54,096 bases of DNA, taken from assembly GCA_014361445.1 (NCBI GenBank), contig JACIVQ010000003.1:459-54554 (forward strand), written 5' to 3'. Both the position numbers and the translations under genes were made by a program. The stretch's first letter is position 1. Each line of letters opens with the position of its first letter. This DNA is from Methanosuratincolales archaeon. Lineage in GTDB: Archaea; Thermoproteota; Methanomethylicia; Methanomethylicales; Methanomethylicaceae. This document shows, in pieces, positions 34,146-43,889 of the stretch. Below the pieces are notes generated by a model. It was not told the origin of the DNA. It did no database searches and saw only the letters and a program-made list of their open reading frames with translations.

Positions 34146-35327
34146 ATGTACCTGAGTAGGGAAGAGGAGAGGATGCTATCAGGGGAGGAAGGGTTTGCAG
34201 TACAGAAGGCCATGGAACTACTAACGGCGCTTGGAGAGGTCTTTGGGGCGGAGCGAATGGTAAAAATTGAAAGTGCCCAGATAGCAGGAGTATCTTATGG
34301 TAACATCGGTGACGCAGGTTTGGAATTCCTAGAAGACTGGGCAGGTCTTGGAGGCAGGGTCAGGGTAAAGTCCACTTTGAACCCGGCTGGGATGGACTTG
34401 GATAAGTGGCAAGAGATGGGGGTGGAGGAATCATATTACCAGCGTCAGATGAGGATCCTCAAGGCTTTCGAGAAGATGGGTGTAGAGATCACTTGCACGT
34501 GCACTCCATATTTAGTGGGAAATAGACCTAGGCCCGGGGCGCATATAGCATGGTCAGAATCTTCTGCAGTGGTGTTTGCAAATTCAGTTCTTGGTGCGAA
34601 GACAAATAGAGAAGGAGGACCATCGGCCTTAGCTGCCGCAATTACAGGAAGGACGCCATGCTACGGACTCCACCTAAACAATAATAGGGAGCCAACAGCA
34701 ATTGTAAATGTTGAAGCCAGATTAAAGACCACATTTGATTTTAGTCTTCTTGGGTATACTGTTGGCAGAATTCTTGGCTCAGGCATACCATATTTTAAGG
34801 GACTTACAGGTGTAAATTTAGACAGGCTAAAGATAATGTCTGCGGCTCTTGCTGCATCCGGGGGCATAGCAATGTTCCGTATTGGGAAGAGACGGCGAGA
34901 AGGAGATAAAATAGAAAAGATATGTGTAGACCGTAGGGAGCTCGAGATTTCTCGGGAAAGACTCTCTGCGGAAGGAAAACCAGACCTTGCATGTATAGGA
35001 TGCCCGCACTGCAGTTTAGAGGAACTCGCTGATCTGGCGAGGGTGGTGAGAGGAAAAAAAGTGAAGAAGGGTTGCGCTCTTTGGGTATGGACCTCGCGTG
35101 AAGTTCATAATGAGGCAAGAGATCGGGGTTACGTTAGGGCTATAGAGAGTGCGGGAGGAAAGATATTCACAGATACGTGTATGGTGGTATGCCCACTGGA
35201 GAAGTCCGGTTATAGCCATATGATATCAAATTCTTGTAAGGCGGTGCACTATGTGCCTTCGACGTCTGGTTTGAGGGCCACAGTGAGCGAGATGTACTTA
35301 CTATTGGAAAGTGTTATGGAGGGGTAA
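34146..35327 (+). CDS. Aconitase X catalytic subunit (DUF521); candidate phosphomevalonate dehydratase large subunit
   Basis: 393 aa with N-terminal MYLSREEERMLSGEEG..., typical of AcnX, and conserved Cys residues. Followed by the DUF126 swivel subunit gene. Confidence 0.7.
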   Translation: MYLSREEERMLSGEEGFAVQKAMELLTALGEVFGAERMVKIESAQIAGVSYGNIGDAGLEFLEDWAGLGGRVRVKSTLNPAGMDLDKWQEMGVEESYYQRQMRILKAFEKMGVEITCTCTPYLVGNRPRPGAHIAWSESSAVVFANSVLGAKTNREGGPSALAAAITGRTPCYGLHLNNNREPTAIVNVEARLKTTFDFSLLGYTVGRILGSGIPYFKGLTGVNLDRLKIMSAALAASGGIAMFRIGKRRREGDKIEKICVDRRELEISRERLSAEGKPDLACIGCPHCSLEELADLARVVRGKKVKKGCALWVWTSREVHNEARDRGYVRAIESAGGKIFTDTCMVVCPLEKSGYSHMISNSCKAVHYVPSTSGLRATVSEMYLLLESVMEG

Positions 35328-35329
35328 CG

Positions 35330-35743
35330 GTGCCAGAGTGGGTGTACAGAGGGAGAGGGGTTGCCAAGTTTTTAGGAGAGGGAGAGGCGCTAGTCTCGAG
35401 ACAGGGGATCTCTTTTTTTGGCGGTGTTGACCCGATGACGGGCTTGGTTAGGGAGAAGGGGCATGATCTCTGTGGACAGGATGTTACGGGAAAGATCCTC
35501 GTATTCCCAAAGGGAAAGGGCAGTACGGTAGGGTCTTACGTACTTTACCAACTCAAGAAAAATGGTCATGCACCTGCAGGCATAATAAATGTTGAGACAG
35601 AAGCCATCATAGCAACTGGATGTATCCTCGCAGAGATACCGTTGGTCGACAGGCTTGAGGTGGACCCAATAACCGCCATAATTACCGGAGATCATGTGGT
35701 GGTAAACGGGATTGAGGGAAAGGTTGTAGTTAGAAGGGAGTGA
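35330..35743 (+). CDS. Aconitase X swivel subunit (DUF126); candidate phosphomevalonate dehydratase small subunit
   Basis: 137 aa with VFPKGKGSTVGSYVLYQL, typical of the AcnX small subunit. Starts 2 nt after the large subunit stop. Confidence 0.7.
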   Translation: MPEWVYRGRGVAKFLGEGEALVSRQGISFFGGVDPMTGLVREKGHDLCGQDVTGKILVFPKGKGSTVGSYVLYQLKKNGHAPAGIINVETEAIIATGCILAEIPLVDRLEVDPITAIITGDHVVVNGIEGKVVVRRE

Positions 35744-35772
35744 TAGGTTTGAGAGCAGAAAGACCTTGGGGG

Positions 35773-37020
35773 ATGATCAAGGACCCGATACATGGATATG
35801 TGCATATATCCAAGTTAGAAAGAGATGTCATTGATACTCTACCATTGCAAAGGCTGAGGAGGATAAAGCAGCTCGTCTTTGCGGACCTTGTTTATCCAGG
35901 AGCAAACCACACCAGATTTGAGCACTCTGTGGGAGTTATGCACTTGGCCGGAGTTCTGTGCAGGGCGCTGCCGGTGGATATGAATGAAGAGGAGGCCCAG
36001 ATCGTGAGATTGGCGGGCCTATTCCATGATGTCGGGCACGGTCCCTTCTCTCATACATTTGAGGGGCTCCTCATTAAAAAACTGAACAAGAACCACGAGG
36101 ACCTGGCGCCATGGATAATCAGGAGCTCAGAGTTGAAAGAAGTGCTGGAGAGAAACGGTCAACCAGTAGATGATATTGCGGAGCTAGCCGTTGGGAGGCT
36201 GAAGAAAGGCAGGGGTTTCCTGAACCAGATATTGAGTAGTGCGGTGGATGTTGATAAGATGGACTTTTTGGTCAGGGATACTCACCACACCGGGGCTGAG
36301 TATGGAAAGGTGGACATACATAGGCTTATTTACACTATGGATGTTGTGGACGACAAGTTGGTGGTGGATAGCTCCGCCCTTGCAACTTTAGAGGCTTTTC
36401 TCATTGCACGGGTCGAGTCCTTTAAGGCGATATATTACCATAAGACCGCAAGAGCAGCCCAAATACTTCTTGTTAAGGCAATGGAGGCTGCGGATGAGGA
36501 GATAGGCATCTGTAAATTCAAAACCCCAGAGGAATACTTATTGATGGACGATTATAGTATGTGGTGTATGCTAAAGCAATGCAAAGGATCGCAGAAGATA
36601 ATGGAGGACCTAGAGAGGAGGAGGCTTTTGAAATGTGCTTATGAACGCGAGATGAAGGCAGAAGACAAGGCTGTAGCTAGCTTGTTTGGGCTCGAGGGGA
36701 TAAGGAGGCAGATGGAGGAGGAGATCGCTGCAATTGCGGGATTGAGCTCAGAGGACGTCTTCATAGACACGCCGTCCCTACCATCCATACCTTATAGACA
36801 CGCATTGGATTTTGATCCTATGGAGATACCCATAGTAGATGTTGAGGGCGGTATGAGGAGAGTGCTGAAGGCGACCAAGCTTTCCAAAACAATAGAAGTT
36901 TTGAAAGGGTTCGTAAATATTGTCAGGGTATACACTTACGACCAGTACAGGGATAAAGTGAGGGGGGCAGCAGAGAAAGTAATGGGAAAGTTGCCAGAGT
37001 CTGCCATGGTTTCTTACTGA
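35773..37020 (+). CDS. HD-domain phosphohydrolase (SAMHD1/dGTPase-like, COG1078)
   Basis: MIKDPIHGYV start, HTRFEHSVGV and FHDVGHGPFSH metal-binding motifs. The ORF is open from GTG 35740, which overlaps the upstream stop. Confidence 0.8.
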   Translation: MIKDPIHGYVHISKLERDVIDTLPLQRLRRIKQLVFADLVYPGANHTRFEHSVGVMHLAGVLCRALPVDMNEEEAQIVRLAGLFHDVGHGPFSHTFEGLLIKKLNKNHEDLAPWIIRSSELKEVLERNGQPVDDIAELAVGRLKKGRGFLNQILSSAVDVDKMDFLVRDTHHTGAEYGKVDIHRLIYTMDVVDDKLVVDSSALATLEAFLIARVESFKAIYYHKTARAAQILLVKAMEAADEEIGICKFKTPEEYLLMDDYSMWCMLKQCKGSQKIMEDLERRRLLKCAYEREMKAEDKAVASLFGLEGIRRQMEEEIAAIAGLSSEDVFIDTPSLPSIPYRHALDFDPMEIPIVDVEGGMRRVLKATKLSKTIEVLKGFVNIVRVYTYDQYRDKVRGAAEKVMGKLPESAMVSY

Positions 37021-37625
37021 TTTTCAGAGGATTCTATGGTGTTTATTACCAATTTGAAGATCTCTTCGTGTACTTCTTCCACAGGCCTGTTTGTGTCGAC
37101 AACACTGTAGCCCATCCTGTGGGCTCTTTCTAAAAATTTTGACCTAACTTTCTTTAAGAATTCTACGTTCTCAAAACGATCATGGAGCTCGCCCTTTCTC
37201 CTAAGGGATGATACTGGGTCGATATCCAATATAATGGTTAGATGGGGGCGTATGGCGCTTTTATTGATTGTTAGTATCCACTCTTGGTCTAGACCCTGAG
37301 AGGACTGGTAGGCTATGGAAGACTCTAAGTAACGGTCGCTGACTACAACCTTACCAGCGTCTAACCAAGGTTTTATGAAATAAGCCACGTGATGGATCCT
37401 ATCTGCAGCAAAAAGAAGGGCGTCCAACTCTGGCACAATAGAAGGTTCTTTAAGGAAAGATCTTATCACTGCCTCTATCTTCCCTTCAGGGTTTGGTTCC
37501 TTAGTAAGTACAGAGTCATACCCCATCTCCTTAAGGCGAGCCACCAATAATTTTGTCTGGGTTGAGGATCCAGCACCGTCTATCCCTTCTATTGCGACAA
37601 AGAAGCCCTTACGGTTTTTGTGCAT
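37014..37625 (-). CDS. tmk: Thymidylate kinase
   Basis: FVAIEGIDGAGSSTQ P-loop and DRY-type motif (SDRYLESS). Confidence 0.88.
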   Translation of the reverse strand: MHKNRKGFFVAIEGIDGAGSSTQTKLLVARLKEMGYDSVLTKEPNPEGKIEAVIRSFLKEPSIVPELDALLFAADRIHHVAYFIKPWLDAGKVVVSDRYLESSIAYQSSQGLDQEWILTINKSAIRPHLTIILDIDPVSSLRRKGELHDRFENVEFLKKVRSKFLERAHRMGYSVVDTNRPVEEVHEEIFKLVINTIESSENQ

Positions 37626-37724
37626 GATTGTTGATATGTTGCGGAAACTGTTATATTTTTATCCATAGAATTCAACCCTGATAGAGGCTTCTGAGCTGAG
37701 AAGAATTGAGCTTTTTATACACAT

Positions 37725-38477
37725 ATGGTGATTAAAATGAGCGAGCGCGGCACTCTGCTCTCATTTATATCCAAAGGCGAGGACAGGATAAGGATCCTTG
37801 TGGACCACAGAGAAAAACAGTCGCTGACCGTCAAGGAACTTATCAGGCTAGGGGCAGAGTTAGAGTTTAGGAGTTTGAGTGTGGGCGACTATGTAATATC
37901 AGAGTGTGTGGCGATTGAGAGGAAGACCATGGAAGACTTCGCCAACTCTATCATAGATAGGAGGCTGTTTGAACAGGCGAGGGCTCTCCGTGCCGCTTAT
38001 AGTAGACCGCTCATAATTTTGGAGGGAAGGGGACCCCTAATGAGGGAAATCCGTGAAGAGGCGATCACGGGTGCACTAGTATCATTAGTGATGGACCTCA
38101 ATATACCAGTAATATGGGTGAATGATGCTGTGGAGAGTGCTAAATTAATAATCACAATAGCCAAGAGGGAAGAGAGAGGGGATTTACGCTCAATATCACT
38201 CAAGGATAGGAGGAGGGCGAAAACCCCAGACGAAGAGAAAGAGTACATAGTTGCGAGCTTGCCAATGGTCGAGGCTGTTACGGCAAAGAGACTCCTTTCT
38301 TTTTTCGGGAGTGTTGAGAAAGTCTTCACAGCTAGTGAGTGTGAGTTGATGAAAGTGGAGGGAATAGGACCAAAGAAGGCGAAGCGAATAAGAGAGGTTT
38401 TAACGGGAGCATATGACATCAGGACTTCTTGTGGCGCAACTTCCCAAGAAGATCCAAAAGAGAAGAGAGAGACTTAG
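37725..38477 (+). CDS. xpf: Short-form XPF/ERCC4 structure-specific endonuclease with a C-terminal HhH2 domain
   Basis: ILVDHREK, GDYVISECVAIERKTMEDF (ERCC4 GDxn-ERK) and HhH VEGIGPKKAKRI. No helicase domain. The start is possibly ATG 37737. Confidence 0.85.
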   Translation: MVIKMSERGTLLSFISKGEDRIRILVDHREKQSLTVKELIRLGAELEFRSLSVGDYVISECVAIERKTMEDFANSIIDRRLFEQARALRAAYSRPLIILEGRGPLMREIREEAITGALVSLVMDLNIPVIWVNDAVESAKLIITIAKREERGDLRSISLKDRRRAKTPDEEKEYIVASLPMVEAVTAKRLLSFFGSVEKVFTASECELMKVEGIGPKKAKRIREVLTGAYDIRTSCGATSQEDPKEKRET

Positions 38478-38772
38478 CCATCTTATCCAGTTCTGCGGGG
38501 TCGTCGGTTTTGCTCATCTTCTCCTTGAGCTGTTCAATCTTCTTTACTAGGTCCTCCTCAAGTTCAGATACCTTCATTAACTCCAATAATTCTTTCTCGT
38601 CCTCGTCGGATTTGACGAAAACCACCTTACGGTCACAACCAGGACAAACTACTTCGCCGCTGCTTAGCTGGAAGAGCGGGGTCTTGCAGTCGGGGCAGTG
38701 TGTTTGGAGCATGGTGGCTCCTGCCCTCAGTAGCTCCGCCCCTTTTTTAGCAACATCATCACGGGTCTTCAT
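38419..38772 (-). CDS. UPF0148 / autoantigen-p27-like zinc-ribbon protein
   Basis: AELLRAGATMLQTHCPDCKTPLFQLSSGEVVCPGC plus a coiled-coil acidic tail. Confidence 0.7.
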   Translation of the reverse strand: MKTRDDVAKKGAELLRAGATMLQTHCPDCKTPLFQLSSGEVVCPGCDRKVVFVKSDEDEKELLELMKVSELEEDLVKKIEQLKEKMSKTDDPAELDKMAKSLSSLLDLLGKLRHKKS

Positions 38773-38854
38773 TTCAATTACCAGATTCTAACTATGAGAA
38801 AATAATAATATAAATAGGACTATATTCTATTTGCTAAGGGACTGGTGGTTATTT

Positions 38855-39109
38855 ATGAGTAGCGATAAAATGGCTCAAGCAATCAGCATCCTTCACAGAA
38901 TAGCAGAAGACACAGGAGTCCCTAGGAATATAAGGAGGGCAGCATCAGAAGCGATAAAAGTATTACAGGGCACAACCTACACTAATGCAGTTAAGGCTTC
39001 GAATGCAATAAGTATTTTGGAGGAGTGCAGTCAGGATCCAAATATGCCCCTCTTCGCCAGAACCGCAATTTGGCAAGCGATCAGTGCCTTGGAGCAAATA
39101 AAAGATTGA
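38855..39109 (+). CDS. UPF0147 family protein
   Basis: IAEDTGVPRNIRRAA...ILEECSQDPNMPLFARTAIWQAISALE matches the family pattern. ATG 38855 follows GGTGGT. Confidence 0.75.
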   Translation: MSSDKMAQAISILHRIAEDTGVPRNIRRAASEAIKVLQGTTYTNAVKASNAISILEECSQDPNMPLFARTAIWQAISALEQIKD

Positions 39110-39128
39110 AGTATTGTTTTTGTCACAG

Positions 39129-39854
39129 TCAATCTGGTTGCAACTCTGACATTAAATCCATTAAAGTCGACTTTACATCCTTTGCTGCATAGACAGCCCG
39201 CCCAACAATGGCATGCCATCGCCCTCCCATTATCTTTCCACATGATCTGATGTCTCCGCCTTGAGCGCCTAACCCCGGAATATAATAGACTGGGAAGTCG
39301 CATAGTGAATTTATCATATGTTTGTAGGTATTTAATAGTTGGAGGTTATTACCAGGGAGGACATAGTCCCTTACACCCATTCCTGATGCTATCTGGAATA
39401 TTTTCGATGGAGCCTCAGCGCATATATAGCCACCATTTCCGGTCAAGAAGTCAGGAACTGTTAGAATCGCGCCCACAATGGGAATGACTCCAGCCTTCTT
39501 AAGCGACTCTATCCAAGCAATCTGGGTTGAGGGACCACTGAAAGGGAATATTATAGCGTAGTCCACCCCAGATTCGGCTAGCGCCTCTGAGAAAATGCTG
39601 CCAGTATGTGGAACGTCGGTTGCGCCTTTTTGATGATCATATATTATAGGCTTTTCCGAATAATTCCGTATAGTTGAGACGACTTTGGGTAGACCGAATC
39701 GAAGAGCTAGGCTGAAGCCAATTTTATAAGCTCCAACTATATCAAAGTCGCACGAATTTACAACGATCTCTACCAGCCTTTCAATAGAGCTTACGTCGCA
39801 GGCTATTATTATACTCCTTTCTTGAGTTATTTCCCTAATGAGTCTTCCCCCCAT
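39129..39854 (-). CDS. pyrF: Probable orotidine 5'-phosphate decarboxylase (divergent form)
   Basis: TIM-barrel-like IIACDV...IIYDHQKGATDVPHT resembles the D-x-K-x-x-D-I-P-x-T ODCase motif but with inserted residues. Overlaps pyrE by 20 nt at the end of the pyr cluster. Confidence 0.55.
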   Translation of the reverse strand: MGGRLIREITQERSIIIACDVSSIERLVEIVVNSCDFDIVGAYKIGFSLALRFGLPKVVSTIRNYSEKPIIYDHQKGATDVPHTGSIFSEALAESGVDYAIIFPFSGPSTQIAWIESLKKAGVIPIVGAILTVPDFLTGNGGYICAEAPSKIFQIASGMGVRDYVLPGNNLQLLNTYKHMINSLCDFPVYYIPGLGAQGGDIRSCGKIMGGRWHAIVGRAVYAAKDVKSTLMDLMSELQPD

Positions 39855-40506
39855 AGGTCTTTAGATAACTTGATATCGCTTCCATGTCTTTCATGGTTAT
39901 TGAGCCAGATTCAAGAGCTGCTTTTGCCACATCAAGAACAGTGACTATTGATTTGACAGGAATCCCATATCTCCTATGGAACTCTACGGTTGCCATGTAC
40001 TCTGTCTCGCCCCTCTCTAGCCTGTCTACGGCAATGAGGACAAAGGCAATCTTCACGTTTCCGATAGAGGACAGGACTGAGAGGATCTCTTCTTTTGTCT
40101 TGCCAGTGGTCATGACATCGTCTAGGATGCCTATCTTGTCCCCCTCGCCCAACCTGCCTATAATGAGTCCTCCTTCCCCATGGTCTTTGGCTTCTTTCCT
40201 GTTAAATGCAAACCTCTTAGAAATATTGAAGATCTTGTGAAGACCTATTGAGGCAGAGACTACTATTGGAATCCCTTTGTAAGATGGGCCAAATAGGACG
40301 TCGACTTCGCTCACCAGGCCTAACTCTACCAAGGCTCTAGCATAAAATTCACCGAGCCGCCAAATGGATCCCCCCTCGCTAACCACCCCAAGGTTGACGA
40401 AGTATGGTGAAATCCTGCCACTCTTCAACTTGAACGAGCCAAACTTTACGGCACCTATTTCAAGAAGAAACCTGGAGAATTCAGATTTTAGACTATCTAC
40501 ACTCAT
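39835..40506 (-). CDS. pyrE: Orotate phosphoribosyltransferase
   Basis: PRPP-binding motif IGILDDVMTTGKT. Confidence 0.88.
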   Translation of the reverse strand: MSVDSLKSEFSRFLLEIGAVKFGSFKLKSGRISPYFVNLGVVSEGGSIWRLGEFYARALVELGLVSEVDVLFGPSYKGIPIVVSASIGLHKIFNISKRFAFNRKEAKDHGEGGLIIGRLGEGDKIGILDDVMTTGKTKEEILSVLSSIGNVKIAFVLIAVDRLERGETEYMATVEFHRRYGIPVKSIVTVLDVAKAALESGSITMKDMEAISSYLKTYGGKTH

Positions 40507-42172
40507 TCAGTGGAACCCTCCTGCCGCTTGGGAGTCTCTTGTATCTGCCAAAATCTGCACATCCTCTAAGTATTGAATATTGAAATACAGGTCCATCCAC
40601 GCACACTCTCAGACCATCCATAGCACAGCTGCCGCATATTCCCACACCACACTTTGTGTAACGCTCTAAAGCACAGAAGATCCTGTCTGGAGTTGTTACT
40701 CTGGATTCTATCTCAGCTGCCCTGATCAACATGGGCTCTGGTCCGCAGTTAAAGAACTCGCCACTCAAGCCCGTTAGATCTAAAGTCTCAGTAATCATGG
40801 AGCAAGCACCTAAGCTTCCGTCCTCCGTTGATACCTTGACATTTGCCAGACTTCTTAGCTCTTCATAAAGTGGGAGGTCTGCTGCGGTCTTTCCACCAAT
40901 AAAGATTGAAGTGACCTGTTTTTGGAAAAGTTTTGCTATGAAATGGATCGGGGCGACGCCTGACCCCCCACCGACTAAGTTCACATTGCCCTTTGGGATG
41001 TATCCATTGCCATAAGGACCCCTGAGAAAAACTGGATCCCCCTCTTTGAGGGATGCGAGAGATGATGAGACAGGCCCAACACTCTTGATTAGAAGTGTTA
41101 TGGGATCGTTAAGAGCCAAGGAAAAGGGCTTCTCGCCAATTCCTGGAAGCCACAGAAATACAAACTGACCTGGGAGGGCATCAATCGAACCATCAAGTAC
41201 TAATACTCTGGTTGATGAGCCCCATGCCTCCCTGACATGAAACTCCTTATACGAAAGAGGGATTTGCATGTGAAGAGGCTTTTTTGAGCCTGAGGCGAAC
41301 TCCTTAAAAAAAGTCATGAGCTCTTTTGTATTTAACCCCATGAGGGCCGTGCCTATTCCGAAGAGAGATGCGCCCGCTGAGCTGAAAGCAGCGATGTCTG
41401 AAGGATCTGTGATCCCGCCCATCCCTATTATAGGAACAGAGACGTTCTCTCTAACTTCCAAAATACATTTGAGCGCCAACTCCTTAATGGCAGCTCCTGA
41501 GAGTCCCCCATAAGTATTTGAGAGGATAGGGGCACCAGTCCTCTCATCTATAAATTTCAGAGGACCGACTGTGTTTACTGCAGTTATACCATCAGCCCCC
41601 GCATCCACTGCTGTCTTTGCTATTAAACCGATGGATCCCAGACTTGGGACCAGTTTGGCGAATATTGGGAGATCTGTAACCTCCCGCACTGATGAGACGA
41701 CCTCTCTAACGAGTGTTGGTGAAGTACCTATGGTGGCGCCGTATCCCTTTGCATGTGGACAAGAGAGGTTTAGCTCTATCCAGTCGGTATACTTTTCGAC
41801 CTTAGATGCGAGAGAAGCAAACTCCTCTGGTGACGAGCCGAAGATAGAGGTCATCAGGACTTTTTTGATGGGGTATATGTGCCTAATCTCACTTATGTAT
41901 GCATCAATGCCAGGGTTCGCTAGTCCAACCGCGTTTATTAAAGACGCAAAGATTCTGGCGATGATGGGCTCCTTGTAACCATTCCTCTCTGAAATGCCTA
42001 TGCTCTTAGTCGTTATCACCCCAAGACCCTCTGCATCTTCAAGCTTCTTGATTATGTCAGGAGAAGAAGCCACAATGCCAGAGGGGATCACAAGTCTGTC
42101 CTTTGGAAGTTCAAAATGCATAAGAGACCTCCTTGCCGCGCACTGGATAAAATTCTCCCTCTCTAAACGCAA
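40493..42172 (-). CDS. pyrD: Fused dihydroorotate dehydrogenase (class 1B catalytic PyrD, N-terminal) and electron-transfer subunit (PyrK, C-terminal), 559 aa
   Basis: PyrD part: NAVGLANPG, NLSCPH (catalytic Cys), GGLSG, IIGMGGI. PyrK part: EKPFSLA (FAD), LVGGGSGVAPI (NAD), CGVGICGSCAMDGLRVCVDGPVF (2Fe-2S). The two parts form one uninterrupted ORF. Confidence 0.85.
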   Translation of the reverse strand: MRLERENFIQCAARRSLMHFELPKDRLVIPSGIVASSPDIIKKLEDAEGLGVITTKSIGISERNGYKEPIIARIFASLINAVGLANPGIDAYISEIRHIYPIKKVLMTSIFGSSPEEFASLASKVEKYTDWIELNLSCPHAKGYGATIGTSPTLVREVVSSVREVTDLPIFAKLVPSLGSIGLIAKTAVDAGADGITAVNTVGPLKFIDERTGAPILSNTYGGLSGAAIKELALKCILEVRENVSVPIIGMGGITDPSDIAAFSSAGASLFGIGTALMGLNTKELMTFFKEFASGSKKPLHMQIPLSYKEFHVREAWGSSTRVLVLDGSIDALPGQFVFLWLPGIGEKPFSLALNDPITLLIKSVGPVSSSLASLKEGDPVFLRGPYGNGYIPKGNVNLVGGGSGVAPIHFIAKLFQKQVTSIFIGGKTAADLPLYEELRSLANVKVSTEDGSLGACSMITETLDLTGLSGEFFNCGPEPMLIRAAEIESRVTTPDRIFCALERYTKCGVGICGSCAMDGLRVCVDGPVFQYSILRGCADFGRYKRLPSGRRVPLNECR

Positions 42173-43388
42173 TCTTTCCGCCGAGAATGGTTATGACTGG
42201 CCAGCCCTTCAATCGCATTCCCTCATAAGGGGTCCACCCACATTTGTAATGAAGTTCGTCGGCAGTCACCTTCTTCTCTAGATTCGGGTCTATGATAGTA
42301 ATATCCGCATCAGCCCCAAGCTCAATCTTTCCCTTGTCCTTAATAGAAAAAATTCTTGACGGGTTATAACACATCAACTCTACGACCTTCTCTAGTCCTA
42401 TGAGACCGTTGAGGGACGCGTTGAGCATTAGTGGGAGCGATGTCTCCACTCCAGGCATGCCCGAAGGAGCGCTCTCTCTCGCCTTATCCTCCTTTAAGTG
42501 TGGAGCATGATCAGAGCCTATAGCCTCGATCATATTGTTCAATAGCGCCTGACAAAGCGACCTTCTGTCACTCTCTTCACGGAGCGGCGGATTTACCTTT
42601 GCATAGTTACCAAGCTCTTTTAATGCCGAAGAATTAAGAAAAAGGTGGTGCGGAGTCGCTTCCCTATAGAATGGGGAAGCTAGCTCTGCCTCCTCCAAGG
42701 AGGTCACATGAAGGACATATACCCGCCTTTGCTGACCGACGGACAAGAGTTTCCTTATAGCAGAGATTGCTGCTGACTTTGGTCTCCGTGAGGAATGGTC
42801 TGGCTTATCTGAATGCATCATTATAATCTCTTCGTCCTCCGCATGAACGCTCACGAGCCTAGAGCCCCGTATCACCTGCCTGACAATCTCCATGTCTCGG
42901 ACGAGAAGATCGCCCGTCGAGCTTCCCATAAATATCTTCGCAGAAGCGGCTAGAGGGGTTGGGGAGTCCCAGCCCACTGCCCTGAAAACCTCTTCCAAGT
43001 TCCCGGTAGTCACGCCGAAGTGAAGCCCATAATTTACCAAAGGACCGCCAGATGTGGATGTGTTGATTAAGGCTTTTTTCCTTTCGAGCTCCAATAAAGT
43101 TGTTGTGGGAGGTTTTGTGTTTGGCATGTCGAGTACAGTAGTTACACCACCAGCCAAAGCTGCCTTTGACCCCGACACCCAGTCCTCTGAAGGCATTCCA
43201 GGTTGCCTGAAATGAACATGCGGGTCAATTACGCCAGGCATAATCAGCTTCCCATTTGCGTCTATGACCTCGTCTGCCTTTGGCTCATTTTTTGTGAACA
43301 CAGCTATCTTACCATTCCGAAGGAGCAAATTAGCATCAAATAGACCTTTATGTGTAAGGATCTTTCCGTTTCTTATCAGCAAGGACAA
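42111..43388 (-). CDS. pyrC: Dihydroorotase
   Basis: GVIDPHVHFRQPG (HxH metal site) and GSDHAPH. Confidence 0.88.
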   Translation of the reverse strand: MSLLIRNGKILTHKGLFDANLLLRNGKIAVFTKNEPKADEVIDANGKLIMPGVIDPHVHFRQPGMPSEDWVSGSKAALAGGVTTVLDMPNTKPPTTTLLELERKKALINTSTSGGPLVNYGLHFGVTTGNLEEVFRAVGWDSPTPLAASAKIFMGSSTGDLLVRDMEIVRQVIRGSRLVSVHAEDEEIIMMHSDKPDHSSRRPKSAAISAIRKLLSVGQQRRVYVLHVTSLEEAELASPFYREATPHHLFLNSSALKELGNYAKVNPPLREESDRRSLCQALLNNMIEAIGSDHAPHLKEDKARESAPSGMPGVETSLPLMLNASLNGLIGLEKVVELMCYNPSRIFSIKDKGKIELGADADITIIDPNLEKKVTADELHYKCGWTPYEGMRLKGWPVITILGGKIAFREGEFYPVRGKEVSYAF

Positions 43389-43403
43389 AGCACATCACCA
43401 AAA

Positions 43404-43889
43404 TCATGTCTTCAGTCTTATGAGGTTCTCCTTGCATTCAAAGTTACAGTAGTGGCATACGAGAATTAGCGGGGCTCTGCTAACGGTATACATGCGTGAA
43501 GGGACTGGTTCCTTGTTCGATATGCAGTTGGCGTTGATACAAGCTGCTACGTCTTCAAGCACATCAGGAACGACGACTTTTTTCTTTTCTTGGATTGAAT
43601 AGTCTTTTATTATATTTATAGTGGCATTAGGGGCTATTAGGGATATCTTGTTATATTCATCGCTTCTAAGGTACTTGTTTTCGACTTTTATTAGGTCCTT
43701 TTTGCCGTATTTTGTGCTCTCCAGATTCTGCCCAATTATAACTACCGAGTCTTGGTGAAAGATGTTTAGCATCTCTGCGATCTTTATACCTTTTCCCGGA
43801 GGTATGTGATCAATGACCGTCCCATCCTTTATGGGTCTTACCATCAGTCCCTTCTTTGCATCTTTCGAGGTTGTTTTTTCTCGCATCAC
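43404..43889 (-). CDS. pyrI: Aspartate carbamoyltransferase regulatory subunit
   Basis: IKDGTVIDHIPPGKG and the zinc domain CINANCISN...CHYC. Confidence 0.9.
   Translation of the reverse strand: MMREKTTSKDAKKGLMVRPIKDGTVIDHIPPGKGIKIAEMLNIFHQDSVVIIGQNLESTKYGKKDLIKVENKYLRSDEYNKISLIAPNATINIIKDYSIQEKKKVVVPDVLEDVAACINANCISNKEPVPSRMYTVSRAPLILVCHYCNFECKENLIRLKT

Noticed and set aside
38419-38477. 59-nt convergent overlap of the xpf 3' end with the UPF0148 gene 3' end as antisense regulation
   Set aside because: The xpf tail after the HhH domain (TSCGATSQEDPKEKRET) is low-complexity, so the overlap may just reflect a late stop codon. There is no independent evidence.
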